Assembly: GCA_965224485.1 (NCBI GenBank)
Contig: CBDCZH010000005.1
Location: forward strand, 1 to 64,000
Reading direction: 5' to 3'
From: Arcobacteraceae bacterium
GTDB lineage: Bacteria > Campylobacterota > Campylobacteria > Campylobacterales > Arcobacteraceae
DNA length: 64,000 bases
The notes beneath the pieces were generated by a model. It had not been told where the DNA came from, did no database searches, and worked only from the letters and a program-made list of their open reading frames with translations. The first letter of the stretch is position 1. Every line of letters starts with the position of its first letter. The position numbers were made by a program, and so were the translations under genes. This document shows positions 18,906-28,621 of this stretch, piece after piece.

Positions 18906-18947
18906 TTGATATAAATCATTTATTTGAAAGTTAACTTAGTATAAAAT
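18906..18947 (+). promoter_or_regulatory. Crp/Fnr-family operator and -10 of cytochrome c553
   Basis: TTGAT-ATAA-ATCAT (18906-18919) versus FNR consensus TTGAT-N4-ATCAA. TAAAAT at 18942-18947 gives class II spacing. Confidence 0.55.
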
Positions 18948-18977
18948 CATAAGACTAAATTAACAAAGGAAATAAAA

Positions 18978-19253
18978 ATGAAAAAAATTCTACTTTTTAC
19001 AACAATACTAGCATGTAGTCTGTTTGCTAACCCTTATACTAAATGTGCAGGGTGCCATGGAGCAAACGGAGAAAAGAAAGCATTAGGTAAATCAAAAGTT
19101 ATTAAAGATATGAGTAAAGCTGATTTTGTAACTGCATTAAAAGGTTACAAAGATGGTTCTTATGGTGGAGCTATGAAAGGTCTTATGAAAGGTCAAGTTG
19201 CATCTTTAGATGAAGCAGCTATGCAAGCAATCGCAGATCAAATTGCTAAATAA
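18978..19253 (+). CDS. Cytochrome c553
   Basis: Signal peptide, CAGCH, GAMKGLMKGQV. Confidence 0.93.
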   Translation: MKKILLFTTILACSLFANPYTKCAGCHGANGEKKALGKSKVIKDMSKADFVTALKGYKDGSYGGAMKGLMKGQVASLDEAAMQAIADQIAK

Positions 19254-19297
19254 TTTATTTTATATTTAAAATACCTAGAACATAAGTTCTGGGTGTT

Positions 19298-20137
19298 TTA
19301 TCCAAATTCTATTCTATCTCTACCATTTAATTTCGCTTTTAAAACACCAGCATCCGCTATTTTTATTAAATCATCTTTTGACTTAACTTCTAACCAAAAA
19401 GAAACACCCATAGAAACACTTACAGAAATAGGTCTAAGTACATGTTCGATTTTGTTTGATTTTATTTCAACTCTTAATTTATCTAAAATACTCATGAGTT
19501 GGTTTTTTTCTAAGAAACACAAAATTACAAACTCTTCTCCACCATATCTATATACTTCTCCATTTAACATATCTGCATATTTTTTTAGTGTTGAAGATAT
19601 ATAAACTAAAACATCATCACCAGCTGCATGTCCAAAAAAGTCATTAATTCCTTTAAATCTATCTGCATCAATAAAAACAGCGCTTAATAAACTAGCATTA
19701 TTTTGATTAACAAAAGAGTCTAAGTCTTCTTGCATTTTTCTTCTGTTGTATACATTTGTTAGATGATCTTTATGCATTTTGTCTTCTAAAATTTCTTTTT
19801 CTCTTAAAAGTTGTTGTATTAAACTATCTTTATAATCTTCTGAAACATCAGTATTTCGTCTCTCCATTATATAACCTAGTTTAAATTCAAAATGATTTTT
19901 TAAAGCATTATATTCTAAACCAAGGCATTCAATAATAACAACAGGTTTATCTTCTCCAAAACCATTTGATATTTTTAATTTATCTATTTTTTTTATTTTA
20001 TATTTAATTTTATCATTAAGTAAAGAGATATCAAGCAGTTCTTTTTTCCAATAGTTAGTTATCTCTTTTGTAAGAGTTTTATCTTTTGTAGTTAAAATGT
20101 CCGCAAACTTAGTTTTTGCTACAGAAATATGCAACAT
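19298..20137 (-). CDS. Diguanylate cyclase (GGDEF)
   Basis: DHLTNVYNRR, DRFKGIND, GHAAGD, RYGGEEF. Confidence 0.93.
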   Translation of the reverse strand: MLHISVAKTKFADILTTKDKTLTKEITNYWKKELLDISLLNDKIKYKIKKIDKLKISNGFGEDKPVVIIECLGLEYNALKNHFEFKLGYIMERRNTDVSEDYKDSLIQQLLREKEILEDKMHKDHLTNVYNRRKMQEDLDSFVNQNNASLLSAVFIDADRFKGINDFFGHAAGDDVLVYISSTLKKYADMLNGEVYRYGGEEFVILCFLEKNQLMSILDKLRVEIKSNKIEHVLRPISVSVSMGVSFWLEVKSKDDLIKIADAGVLKAKLNGRDRIEFG

Positions 20138-20341
20138 TAATGATAACCTTTATTCTTTTATCCTAAAACATAACATATTATTTATTATATTTTACTTTAA
20201 TGAAACTAATGAAAATAAAATATAGCTAATTATATTTTTATATAAAAGAACTAAGAAATTTCTTTAAATATTTTTTTTCCTTAAGCTTGTATGAACATGC
20301 TTTTGTTAAAATTTAAAATAAATTTAAAGAAAAGAGTTTTT

Positions 20342-21637
20342 ATGCACTATTTTTACAAAACAATCTCATTTTTACTGGTTTTATCTTTATTTACCTCTTG
20401 TAGTATAAAAGAAAAAGAATATATAATTAAAGATTTAAAAACATATAAACAAGATATTTCTACATATGTAAAAAAAACTACTATTTTTGATAAAAACTTA
20501 CAAAAGCAAGTAAATAAAAATTTTAATAAGATTTATTTTTCACCTTGGAAACAAGAAAAACTAAGAGCTAGTAAAAAATCTTCTATGTGGGGTTTTGTTT
20601 ATGCTAAAAAAATAGTTTATGGAGATAATTATAAAAGAATTAAAAAATCATGGTTTAGAAAACATATAAATAATTCAAATTTTAAAAAGTTCAATTCGAT
20701 ATCAAAAAAAGCAATTGTTTTAAAAAATGCTGATCTAAGAGTTTTTCCAAGTTCTTCTAAAATATTTTATAATCCTAAGAAAACAGCTGAAGGTTTTCCT
20801 TTTGATTATAATCAAAACTCTGGTATTAAGATAAATACTCCAATTATAGTATCACACTACTCAAAAGATAAAGCTTGGGTCTTTGTAGAGTCTTCTTTTG
20901 CAACAGGCTGGTTAAGGGTTCAAGATATGGCTTTTATATCAAATAAAAATATAAATATTTTAATAAATCTTCCTTTATATATAGCAGTAAAAGATAATTT
21001 TCCGATTTATTATAAAAATGATTTTATAGAATATATAAAATTATCTACAGTTTTTTCAAAAAACAATAATTTATATTATTTAGCAAAAAAAGATAAAAAT
21101 AATATGGCAATATTATTAGGAATTGATATTAAAAACACTAATTTAGAAAAGAAACCACTTAGTTTTAATAAAAAGAATATTATTAAAGTAATAAATGAGT
21201 TAATAGAAGAACCTTATGGTTGGGGTGAATTATTAAAACATAGAGATTGTTCTGCTTTAACAAGAGATTATGCTTCTATTTTTGGAATCTATTTACCTAG
21301 AAACTCAAGAGCACAAGCAAAAGCTGGTAAAAGTTATAATATAAAAAACTTAAATAATAAAGATAAAAAAGAATTTATTATTAAAAATGCAAAACCTTTC
21401 TTGTCTTTATTATATTTAAGAGGTCATATCATGTTATATATTGGTAAAGAAGAAGGAGAACCATTAGTTTTTCATAATATGTGGGGCATAGCAAAATATA
21501 ATATCCTTGCACAAATTGAAAAAGTAATAGTAGGAAAAGCAGTTATTACTTCACTAGAACCAGGAAAAGAACTCTTAGGATATGTAAAAAACAAAAGTAT
21601 TTTAAAAAGAGTTTCAAAACTAATTAACTTAAATTAA
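20342..21637 (+). CDS. SH3 / NlpC-P60 cell-wall peptidase lipoprotein
   Basis: Lipobox LFTSC from ATG 20342; PYGWG, RDCSA, LPRNS, GHIMLY. Confidence 0.9.
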   Translation: MHYFYKTISFLLVLSLFTSCSIKEKEYIIKDLKTYKQDISTYVKKTTIFDKNLQKQVNKNFNKIYFSPWKQEKLRASKKSSMWGFVYAKKIVYGDNYKRIKKSWFRKHINNSNFKKFNSISKKAIVLKNADLRVFPSSSKIFYNPKKTAEGFPFDYNQNSGIKINTPIIVSHYSKDKAWVFVESSFATGWLRVQDMAFISNKNINILINLPLYIAVKDNFPIYYKNDFIEYIKLSTVFSKNNNLYYLAKKDKNNMAILLGIDIKNTNLEKKPLSFNKKNIIKVINELIEEPYGWGELLKHRDCSALTRDYASIFGIYLPRNSRAQAKAGKSYNIKNLNNKDKKEFIIKNAKPFLSLLYLRGHIMLYIGKEEGEPLVFHNMWGIAKYNILAQIEKVIVGKAVITSLEPGKELLGYVKNKSILKRVSKLINLN

Positions 21638-21644
21638 AAAAAGG

Positions 21645-21807
21645 AAAACCCAAAAACCCAAAAACCCTTAAAAACCCAAAAACTTAAAAACCCTTAAAAA
21701 CTTAAAAACTTAAAAACTTAAAAACTTAAAAACTTAAAAACCTACTAACCTAAAAACCTACTAACCTAAAAACCCAATAACTTACCAACCTACTAACCTT
21801 AAAAAAA
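21645..21807. repeat. Degenerate 8-bp tandem repeat (VNTR), about 20 units
   Basis: Six perfect CTTAAAAA at 21693-21740 with variants CCCAAAAA, CCTACTAA, CCTAAAAA, CCCAATAA. Confidence 0.9.
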
Positions 21808-24800
21808 TCACAGCTTTATCAAATAAATAAGTCTATACAACATAGGAACATAATATAAGTTTAAAACAGTTGCCCAAAGTATTCCAAAACCTAAAGATAC
21901 AGCCATAGGTTGCAAAATCAAAGCTTGACCCGAGGCAAAAAATATTAAGGTTGAAAGTCCTAAGATTGTAGTTAAAGATGTTAATAAAATAGGTCTTAAT
22001 CTCATCAAAGCAAACTCTTCTAGTTCTTCAAGAGTTTTAGACTTTTTTATAAAATCCATCATTATAATTCCATCATTCACAATAACACCTGTAAGTCCTA
22101 CCATTCCAATTAAACTAGACATAGATAAGTTCATTCCTAAAATAAAATGACCTGCTAATACCCCTAAAACTGATAAAGGAACGGTTGATACTATAATTAA
22201 AGGTTTAATCAGTGAATTAAACATCCAGACTAAAGCCATAAATATTAAAATAACAGCAATAAGAGCAGCTTCAAGCATCTCTTTTATAAACTTCTCATTC
22301 TCTTCTTGCTCTCCTTTTATTTTAACAAATACATTTTTACTTAATGTTTTTAAAATAGGATTTAAACTCTCAAACACCTCAGAAGAAGTAGTTTTAGAAA
22401 TTGAAGCAGTAATAGAAACTATACGTTTTGAGTTTTCTTTAAAAATAACAGAATAAGCATTTTGACTAATTATACTTACTAAATCTTTTAATAATACAGT
22501 TTTAGCAGAACCTGGTATATTTATTTCAAAATAGTCTAAACTCTTTAAGATATTTTTATTTTTACTTTGAAATACTATTTCAACAATTCCTGTTTCATCA
22601 AACATTTTTGCATAAGCAGCTTTTGAATACATAGGTCTAAGTGCAGTTATAATATCTTTTTCACTTAAACCTAAACTTTGTCCATAAGCATTTATTTTAA
22701 ATTTTAACTCTAAGTTTCCAGCACTAATATCATCTGCTATATTGGAAACTCCTTTTATAGTAAAAAGTTTAGCTTTTATAATTTTTATAGCTTCTTTTAC
22801 TTCTTTTTGCTCTCCTTGGATTGCTAGTTCTATATCATTTTTAACAATTCCAGCTTTAGGAACAAATACTTTAATATCATCAAAAAAAGAAGAATTTAAT
22901 AAAACTTTTAAATCTTTTTTTAATAAAGACTCAAATTCTTGAGCTGATTTTTCTCTTATCATATTACTAGCGTCATATTTAGGAGATAAAATTGGGTTTA
23001 TAAATTTATCAAAGATATTTTGGGGCGCTCTTTCTTTTAAATTAATAAAAATATGAAAATAAAATTCTTCAAAAATAGCATGATTTTGACCATCTAATTT
23101 AAGACCTATTAAAGAAGAAATAGAGTCAAAGTCTTTATCATTTTTATATTTTTTCAAAACTATGTCTTCGATTTTTTGCACAATTTTTTCTGTTTGTTCC
23201 ATACTTTTACCAACACCAACAGAACCACTTATATATACCTGCGTAGTATCAAATTCTTCCATAAAAGTAAACTTTGCATTAAGGGCTAAAATAGAAGTAA
23301 TACTTACAATACAAAAAATCATAAGACCTAAAGAAAGAAATCTTTTTTTAAGCATATAATTTAAAAGTTTTTTATAAAAGTTTTTACTTAAACTCCAAAT
23401 TTTATCTGATTTTTTAGGATGAGAATGAACTTTAAAAATCTCCTTTGCATGTAAAGGAAGGAAAAAAAATGCTTCTAAAAGAGAAGATAAGAGTAAAATA
23501 GTAATCATAATAGGTAAAATTTTCATAAATTTACCAACCTCTCCTGTCATCATCAAAATTGGTAAAAAAGCAAAAATAGTAGTAGCTGTAGCTGTTAAAA
23601 CTGCAGGAAACATTTCTATTGCTCCATCTTTACAAGCATCAAACTTATTTTTTCCCATTTCAAGATGCCTATAAATATTCTCCCCTACAACAATAGCTTC
23701 ATCAACCAACATTCCTAAAGCAATTAAAGCACCTAATAAAGAGAGCATATTTAAACTATAGCCTAAGTATTGTGTAAAAACTAAAGCTATCATAAAAGAC
23801 GTGGGAATACCAATAGCTATAACAATAGCAATGCGAAGATTAATAAAAAATAGTAAAGCAATAAACAGCAAAAGCAAACCAAATAAAATATTTGAAACAA
23901 CAGTATTTAGTCTATTTTTAATCCATACAGAAGTATCTGTATGAGTAGCAAAAGTAATATTAGGATATTTTATTTCATAAACTTTTAAAATATCTTTTAT
24001 GCGTTTTACTAATAAAACAGAATCACCCTTCTCTCCTTTATTTATACCAATAGAAATATCTCTATTACCATTAAATCGTGAAAGGGTAACTAAATCTTCT
24101 AGTTTGTACTCTATACTAGCAATATCCTTTAAATATACCTTTTTATTAGAGATTTTTAAAATAATATTATTAATATCAGCTATTTTTTTTTCACCATTAA
24201 AAGTACTTAAATAATAATGTTTACTTAGATCTTTTACTACTCCTGCTGGAAAAATAGAACTTATACTTGAAACTGCTGATATAACAGAGTTTAAATCTAA
24301 ATCATAAGCTTTTATTTTACTTTCATCAAATTTAATCAGTAGTTGTTTTTTACTATCACCCCAAATAGATACATTTGAGAGATCTTTTAATTGAACAATA
24401 GAAGACTTTACATCTTTTGCAATATCTAAGAGTTCTTCTTGCGAAATATCTGCATATAAAACAACAGTAAGTAAAGGTATGCTATTTATCACTTCTTTAA
24501 CTATTGGTTCTTCCATATCAGAAGGAAGGTTACTTTTACTTTGTGATACTTTTTGTTTTACATCTTCTAAGATTGAAGAAGCATCATATCCATTTTTTAG
24601 TTTTACAAAAATTTTAAAAAAACCATTTTTTATAACAGAAGTAATATCAGCAGCTTTTTCAATACTACTTAGTTCATCTTCTAGGTCTTTTACAATAATT
24701 TTATCTAATAAATCAGAACTCGCACCTTCATAAAAGCCTATGATACTAACAGAATTCATAGAAGAAGGAGGGAAAATTTCTTTAGGTATTTTTATATATG

Positions 24801-24888
24801 AGAAAACAGCTAAAACAAAAAGAAAAAAAAGTAATAAGTGATTTAATATAGGTTTTTTTAAAGCAAAATCTAAAATAGAAGATATCAT
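21808..24888 (-). CDS. RND (AcrB/AcrD/AcrF family) permease
   Basis: 1026 aa; GMLVDEAIVVGENI, GVIVNDGI, RLRPILLTSLTT. Confidence 0.92.
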   Translation of the reverse strand: MISSILDFALKKPILNHLLLFFLFVLAVFSYIKIPKEIFPPSSMNSVSIIGFYEGASSDLLDKIIVKDLEDELSSIEKAADITSVIKNGFFKIFVKLKNGYDASSILEDVKQKVSQSKSNLPSDMEEPIVKEVINSIPLLTVVLYADISQEELLDIAKDVKSSIVQLKDLSNVSIWGDSKKQLLIKFDESKIKAYDLDLNSVISAVSSISSIFPAGVVKDLSKHYYLSTFNGEKKIADINNIILKISNKKVYLKDIASIEYKLEDLVTLSRFNGNRDISIGINKGEKGDSVLLVKRIKDILKVYEIKYPNITFATHTDTSVWIKNRLNTVVSNILFGLLLLFIALLFFINLRIAIVIAIGIPTSFMIALVFTQYLGYSLNMLSLLGALIALGMLVDEAIVVGENIYRHLEMGKNKFDACKDGAIEMFPAVLTATATTIFAFLPILMMTGEVGKFMKILPIMITILLLSSLLEAFFFLPLHAKEIFKVHSHPKKSDKIWSLSKNFYKKLLNYMLKKRFLSLGLMIFCIVSITSILALNAKFTFMEEFDTTQVYISGSVGVGKSMEQTEKIVQKIEDIVLKKYKNDKDFDSISSLIGLKLDGQNHAIFEEFYFHIFINLKERAPQNIFDKFINPILSPKYDASNMIREKSAQEFESLLKKDLKVLLNSSFFDDIKVFVPKAGIVKNDIELAIQGEQKEVKEAIKIIKAKLFTIKGVSNIADDISAGNLELKFKINAYGQSLGLSEKDIITALRPMYSKAAYAKMFDETGIVEIVFQSKNKNILKSLDYFEINIPGSAKTVLLKDLVSIISQNAYSVIFKENSKRIVSITASISKTTSSEVFESLNPILKTLSKNVFVKIKGEQEENEKFIKEMLEAALIAVILIFMALVWMFNSLIKPLIIVSTVPLSVLGVLAGHFILGMNLSMSSLIGMVGLTGVIVNDGIIMMDFIKKSKTLEELEEFALMRLRPILLTSLTTILGLSTLIFFASGQALILQPMAVSLGFGILWATVLNLYYVPMLYRLIYLIKL

Positions 24889-25139
24889 TTTATTTCCATA
24901 TTATTAATAATCAATGAATCAACAATTTGATTTTTAAACTTCATATCCTCTAATTGCTGAACTAAGAACCTATTCTCTTCTTTTAATGAAGTATAATGTC
25001 TATTTAATTTATTTATATCTTTTGAAACATAATATATATTATTAGAAAGATATATTTTAGGCACATTTAAAACAAGTGCACTTATAAAAAGAAACAAAAC
25101 AATATATATTGAGTTTTTTTTATTTAAATATTTATTCAA
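24885..25139 (-). CDS. FtsL-like small bitopic coiled-coil protein
   Basis: One TM helix plus coiled coil, directly after rsmH. Confidence 0.6.
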   Translation of the reverse strand: MNKYLNKKNSIYIVLFLFISALVLNVPKIYLSNNIYYVSKDINKLNRHYTSLKEENRFLVQQLEDMKFKNQIVDSLIINNMEIK

Positions 25140-26034
25140 ATTTAAAGACTCTTAATTTGGCACTTCTACTTCTTATATTCTGTTTTAACTCTTCTTTACT
25201 TGCTATAATTGGTTTTTTATTTAAGATTTTACCTAAGGCATGATTATTACCACAAGTACATCTAAAAGCTTCTTTAGGACAAATACAAGATTTTTGCCAT
25301 TTTTTAAAATAATTCTTTACAATTCTATCTTCTAGTGAGTGAAATGATATAATAGAAACAACACAGTTTTTTGGTTTTAAACTTTGAAGTGAATCAAAAA
25401 GTCTTGTTAAAACTCCTAATTCATCATTTACTTCAATTCTTAAAGCTTGAAAAGGAAGCGTAGCTGGGTGTATTTTTCCCTTATGCATTTTTTTCAATAA
25501 AAAATCAGATAATTCTTTTGCTTGAGAAAAAGGACGATTAGAAACTATTAAAGAAGCTACCTTTTTATACTCTCTTACTTCTCCATACTCTTTAAAAATT
25601 CTCTCTAATTCATTTTGTGAGTAATTATTTACTATAAAAGAAGCATCTAAACTTTGATTTTGATCCATTCTCATATCTAGATTAAGACTTTCAAAAGAAA
25701 AACCTCTCTCTTTTTTATCAAATTGTAAAGATGAAACTCCTATATCAGCTAAAATACCACGAATTTCATAATCTTTGAACTTTTCTAAAACATGTTCAAA
25801 ATTACCTTTATTAAAAACAACTCTTTTTTCATACTCTTTTAATCTATTTTTAGAAAAAACCAAAGCCTCATCATCTTGATCATTACAAATTAAACTAATA
25901 TTTTCATTATCATCTAATAAACCTTGTGAATGTCCTGCATAACCAGTTGTACAATCTATTATATACCCTTCTTGTATATCTTTAAAAGAGTTTAGTGTTT
26001 CTTTGTATAAAACTGGAATATGTGGAGGGGTCAT
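25132..26034 (-). CDS. rsmH: 16S rRNA m4C1402 methyltransferase
   Basis: HIPVL, DCTTGYAGHS, DIGVSSLQ, FQALRIEVN, SFHSLEDR, RSAKLR. Confidence 0.97.
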   Translation of the reverse strand: MTPPHIPVLYKETLNSFKDIQEGYIIDCTTGYAGHSQGLLDDNENISLICNDQDDEALVFSKNRLKEYEKRVVFNKGNFEHVLEKFKDYEIRGILADIGVSSLQFDKKERGFSFESLNLDMRMDQNQSLDASFIVNNYSQNELERIFKEYGEVREYKKVASLIVSNRPFSQAKELSDFLLKKMHKGKIHPATLPFQALRIEVNDELGVLTRLFDSLQSLKPKNCVVSIISFHSLEDRIVKNYFKKWQKSCICPKEAFRCTCGNNHALGKILNKKPIIASKEELKQNIRSRSAKLRVFKFE

Positions 26035-26095
26035 TAAATTTATCCTTATTAAAATTAATATATAATACCCAAACTTTAATTTAAGGCATTTTAAA

Positions 26096-26674
26096 ATGAT
26101 TGATTCAGGAACGGTAAAATTACTAAGTGATTTATCCTTAACTATGTTTAGAAAGAACTTCTTTGGTATTTATCATGGAGCAATTTCAGCCAAGATTGAC
26201 CACAACTCTTTTGTAATAAATTCCTCAGATGCTATTTTTGACGAAATGTGCGAAAAGTCTTTTTGTCAATTAAGTACAGTAAAACAAGATTATAGATGGA
26301 ACATAGCCTCAATAGAAGCATATATTCATGCAACAATTTATAATAATATACATGAGGCAAAATATATTGCTTTTGGTGTTCCAATTTATACAACTGCTTA
26401 TACATTTGAGCATGATGTTTTAGAATTTGATGATTATTTTGGGAAAACAACATTTGGTACAATAAAAATTTATGATCCAGGAGACTTTTCTACTTGGTAT
26501 AAAAGAAATGCTTTAGAAATTACAAAGTATTTAAAAGAAACTAATACTAATATTATGATAATAAAAGGTGTTGGAATGTATGTTTACGATAGAGATATAA
26601 ATGAATTAGTAAGAAAAATTGCGATTATTGAAAATTCTTGTAGACTTTTAAATATAAAAACATCATTTAAATAA
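26096..26674 (+). CDS. Class II aldolase/adducin-fold protein
   Basis: GAISAK, ASIEAYIHATIY, PIYTTA pattern. Confidence 0.7.
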   Translation: MIDSGTVKLLSDLSLTMFRKNFFGIYHGAISAKIDHNSFVINSSDAIFDEMCEKSFCQLSTVKQDYRWNIASIEAYIHATIYNNIHEAKYIAFGVPIYTTAYTFEHDVLEFDDYFGKTTFGTIKIYDPGDFSTWYKRNALEITKYLKETNTNIMIIKGVGMYVYDRDINELVRKIAIIENSCRLLNIKTSFK

Positions 26675-26841
26675 GGTCAAGAAAAAGGCAAATTGGTCAT
26701 TTTTACCCTTATATTAAAATATTTATTTAAAAATTTAAGATTTTTTTATAAAAAAACCTAAAAAAGCCCTTCTTTTAGCTATTTTGAAGTTTAAATAGTA
26801 TAAAGTTATCCATTATTAAATACAAAACAAGGAGTTCTTCT

Positions 26842-27129
26842 ATGAACAAAGCTGAATTTATCGATGCAGTTGCTACAAAAGCAGGATTATCTAAAAAAGA
26901 TGCAAAAGGTGCTGTTGACGCAGTATTAGAAACAATTACTGAAACATTAGTAAAAAGAGAAAACGTTAGTTTTATAGGTTTTGGTACTTTTTCAACTGCT
27001 GATAGAGCTGCAAGAACTGCAAAAGTTCCAGGAACAGATAGAACTGTAGATGTTCCAGCTACAACTGTTGCAAAATTCAAAGTAGGTAAGTCTTTAAAAG
27101 AAGCCGTATCTGGTAAGTCAAGTAAATAA
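26842..27129 (+). CDS. hup: DNA-binding protein HU
   Basis: MNKAEFI, GFGTF, RAAR, KFKVGKSLK. Confidence 0.96.
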   Translation: MNKAEFIDAVATKAGLSKKDAKGAVDAVLETITETLVKRENVSFIGFGTFSTADRAARTAKVPGTDRTVDVPATTVAKFKVGKSLKEAVSGKSSK

Positions 27130-27143
27130 TTTTACTTAAAAAT

Positions 27144-27181
27144 AAAAAAAGGCCTATGCGAAAGCATAGGCCTTTTTTTTT
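27144..27181. terminator. Bidirectional intrinsic terminator
   Basis: A7-GGCCTATGC-GAAA-GCATAGGCC-T9 between convergent genes. Confidence 0.92.
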
Positions 27182-27205
27182 ATATATTTAAATAAAATAT
27201 ATAGT

Positions 27206-27757
27206 TTAAAAACTTATTGTTGTTCTAATTTTGATTCTATTTCTTTCTCTTTTTGTAAATTTCACATACTCTTTACCCTTATATGTAAAATAATTATCAT
27301 AACCACTTAAAACTCTTTGTGTATAAACTCTATTTGATCTATTATTACAAATTCGTTTTCGTTTAGTTTCATAATAACCATCATCATAAGAATCAACATG
27401 TTTATAGTTTCTCATAGAATTTGCAATATTTGCCCCAAGCAAACCACCAATAACTTTAGCAGCAACTCTTCCCTTACCTTTTCCAATTTGATTACCAATC
27501 GCAATACCACTTGCAAGACCAATTATAGTATCAAGTCCTATAATATTTTCATCTCTATATGAATTGTTATATCTTCTTCTTTTTTTATAAACTCTATGCT
27601 GTTTATAACAAGATTCATTGTGAGTATGAGCCCTATGAAGTTGTACGTTTTCATAAACTGCTTTTGAATTATTTACTCGTGCATAATCATAGAAATAATC
27701 TTCATTTGCTAATAGTGAAGATAATAATAAAACTGTTGCTAAAAATATTTTTCTCAT
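27206..27757 (-). CDS. Exported glycine-zipper 2TM protein (YcfJ-like)
   Basis: Signal peptide; GLASGIAIGNQIGKGKGRVAAKVIGGLLGANIA; two Cys. Confidence 0.8.
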   Translation of the reverse strand: MRKIFLATVLLLSSLLANEDYFYDYARVNNSKAVYENVQLHRAHTHNESCYKQHRVYKKRRRYNNSYRDENIIGLDTIIGLASGIAIGNQIGKGKGRVAAKVIGGLLGANIANSMRNYKHVDSYDDGYYETKRKRICNNRSNRVYTQRVLSGYDNYFTYKGKEYVKFTKRERNRIKIRTTISF

Positions 27758-27794
27758 AATTTACTCCTCTTAAGCCAGAATCTTCTGGCTTTTT

Positions 27795-28121
27795 TTACTT
27801 TATTTTTGAAATATAATCTGCTAATTGTTTAATTTTTGCCTCATCTAACCTCGTTACTTGACCTTTCATAACACCTTTCATAGCTTTTCCATATGAACCA
27901 TCTTTATAACCTTTTAACGCAGCTTGTGTTTTTTTACTATCCCAACCTTTAATAACTTCACTTTTACCTAAGGCTTTTTTCTCAGCATTTATACCATGAC
28001 AACCGGCACAGGCTTTATATAAAGTTTCACCCTCACTTGCAAAAAGTAAAGAAGACCCTAAGATACTAATAATTAATAAAAACTTTCTAGTATTTCTTTG
28101 TATTGTTGTAGTTTTATTCAT
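27795..28121 (-). CDS. Cytochrome c553 paralogue
   Basis: CAGCH; strongly similar to 18978-19253. Confidence 0.92.
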   Translation of the reverse strand: MNKTTTIQRNTRKFLLIISILGSSLLFASEGETLYKACAGCHGINAEKKALGKSEVIKGWDSKKTQAALKGYKDGSYGKAMKGVMKGQVTRLDEAKIKQLADYISKIK

Positions 28122-28149
28122 TTTATTCTCCTTGATTTAAATATATGAA

Positions 28150-28181
28150 AGTATAAGATGTAAAAGTGAAACAATTGTGAA
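28150..28181 (-). promoter_or_regulatory. DccR-like direct-repeat box and -10
   Basis: Minus strand TTCAC-AATTGT-TTCAC (28181-28166), then TATACT (28155-28150). Confidence 0.6.
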
Positions 28182-28245
28182 GAATGTAAGAATAGAAGAA
28201 TAATTTAGAGATATGAGATATTAGAAAAGAAAAACTTTTAGATAC

Positions 28246-28590
28246 TTATTTTAATTTTCCAAAAATTTTATACTCTTCCCAATAAGTATCAATAGCATTT
28301 TGAAGCTCTTTATTATTTAAACTTGTAGCTTTTTTAATACCAAATCTTTTTATAAAAGCATTAGGCATAATAGTTGTTTTTTTAGAAGGTTTTTTTAAAT
28401 AAGAGAAAAGTGCTTGTTTTACACTATTTTGTGAAGAATATTTAAGTAAATAACGATAAAAATACTTATCAAGTGAAACAGGAAGTTTTTTATGACAAGA
28501 AATACAGTTATTCTTATATACAAGTGTATTTGCAAAAATAGAAGTAATTAAAAGTGTAACAGTTAGTAATATTTTTATTAATTTTAGCAT
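28246..28590 (-). CDS. Small monoheme cytochrome c
   Basis: Signal peptide, CISCH, distal MP. Confidence 0.8.
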   Translation of the reverse strand: MLKLIKILLTVTLLITSIFANTLVYKNNCISCHKKLPVSLDKYFYRYLLKYSSQNSVKQALFSYLKKPSKKTTIMPNAFIKRFGIKKATSLNNKELQNAIDTYWEEYKIFGKLK

Positions 28591-28621
28591 TTTAAAGATA
28601 CCCTCTTAAAACAATTACAAA

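Noticed and set aside
21645..21807. Telomere-like or G-quadruplex function of the repeat
   Set aside because: It is internal to the chromosome and has only a few widely spaced GGG runs; simple slippage explains it.
26775..27080. 101-aa ORF antisense to hup, and similar shadow ORFs (10433, 12039, 16136, 17575, 19293, 22742-24733, 26232, 27559, 28764, 31679, 36300, 37502, 40001, 50754, 50783, 52125, 54633, 55746)
   Set aside because: All lie opposite well-supported genes and have no motifs; expected by-products of codon bias.
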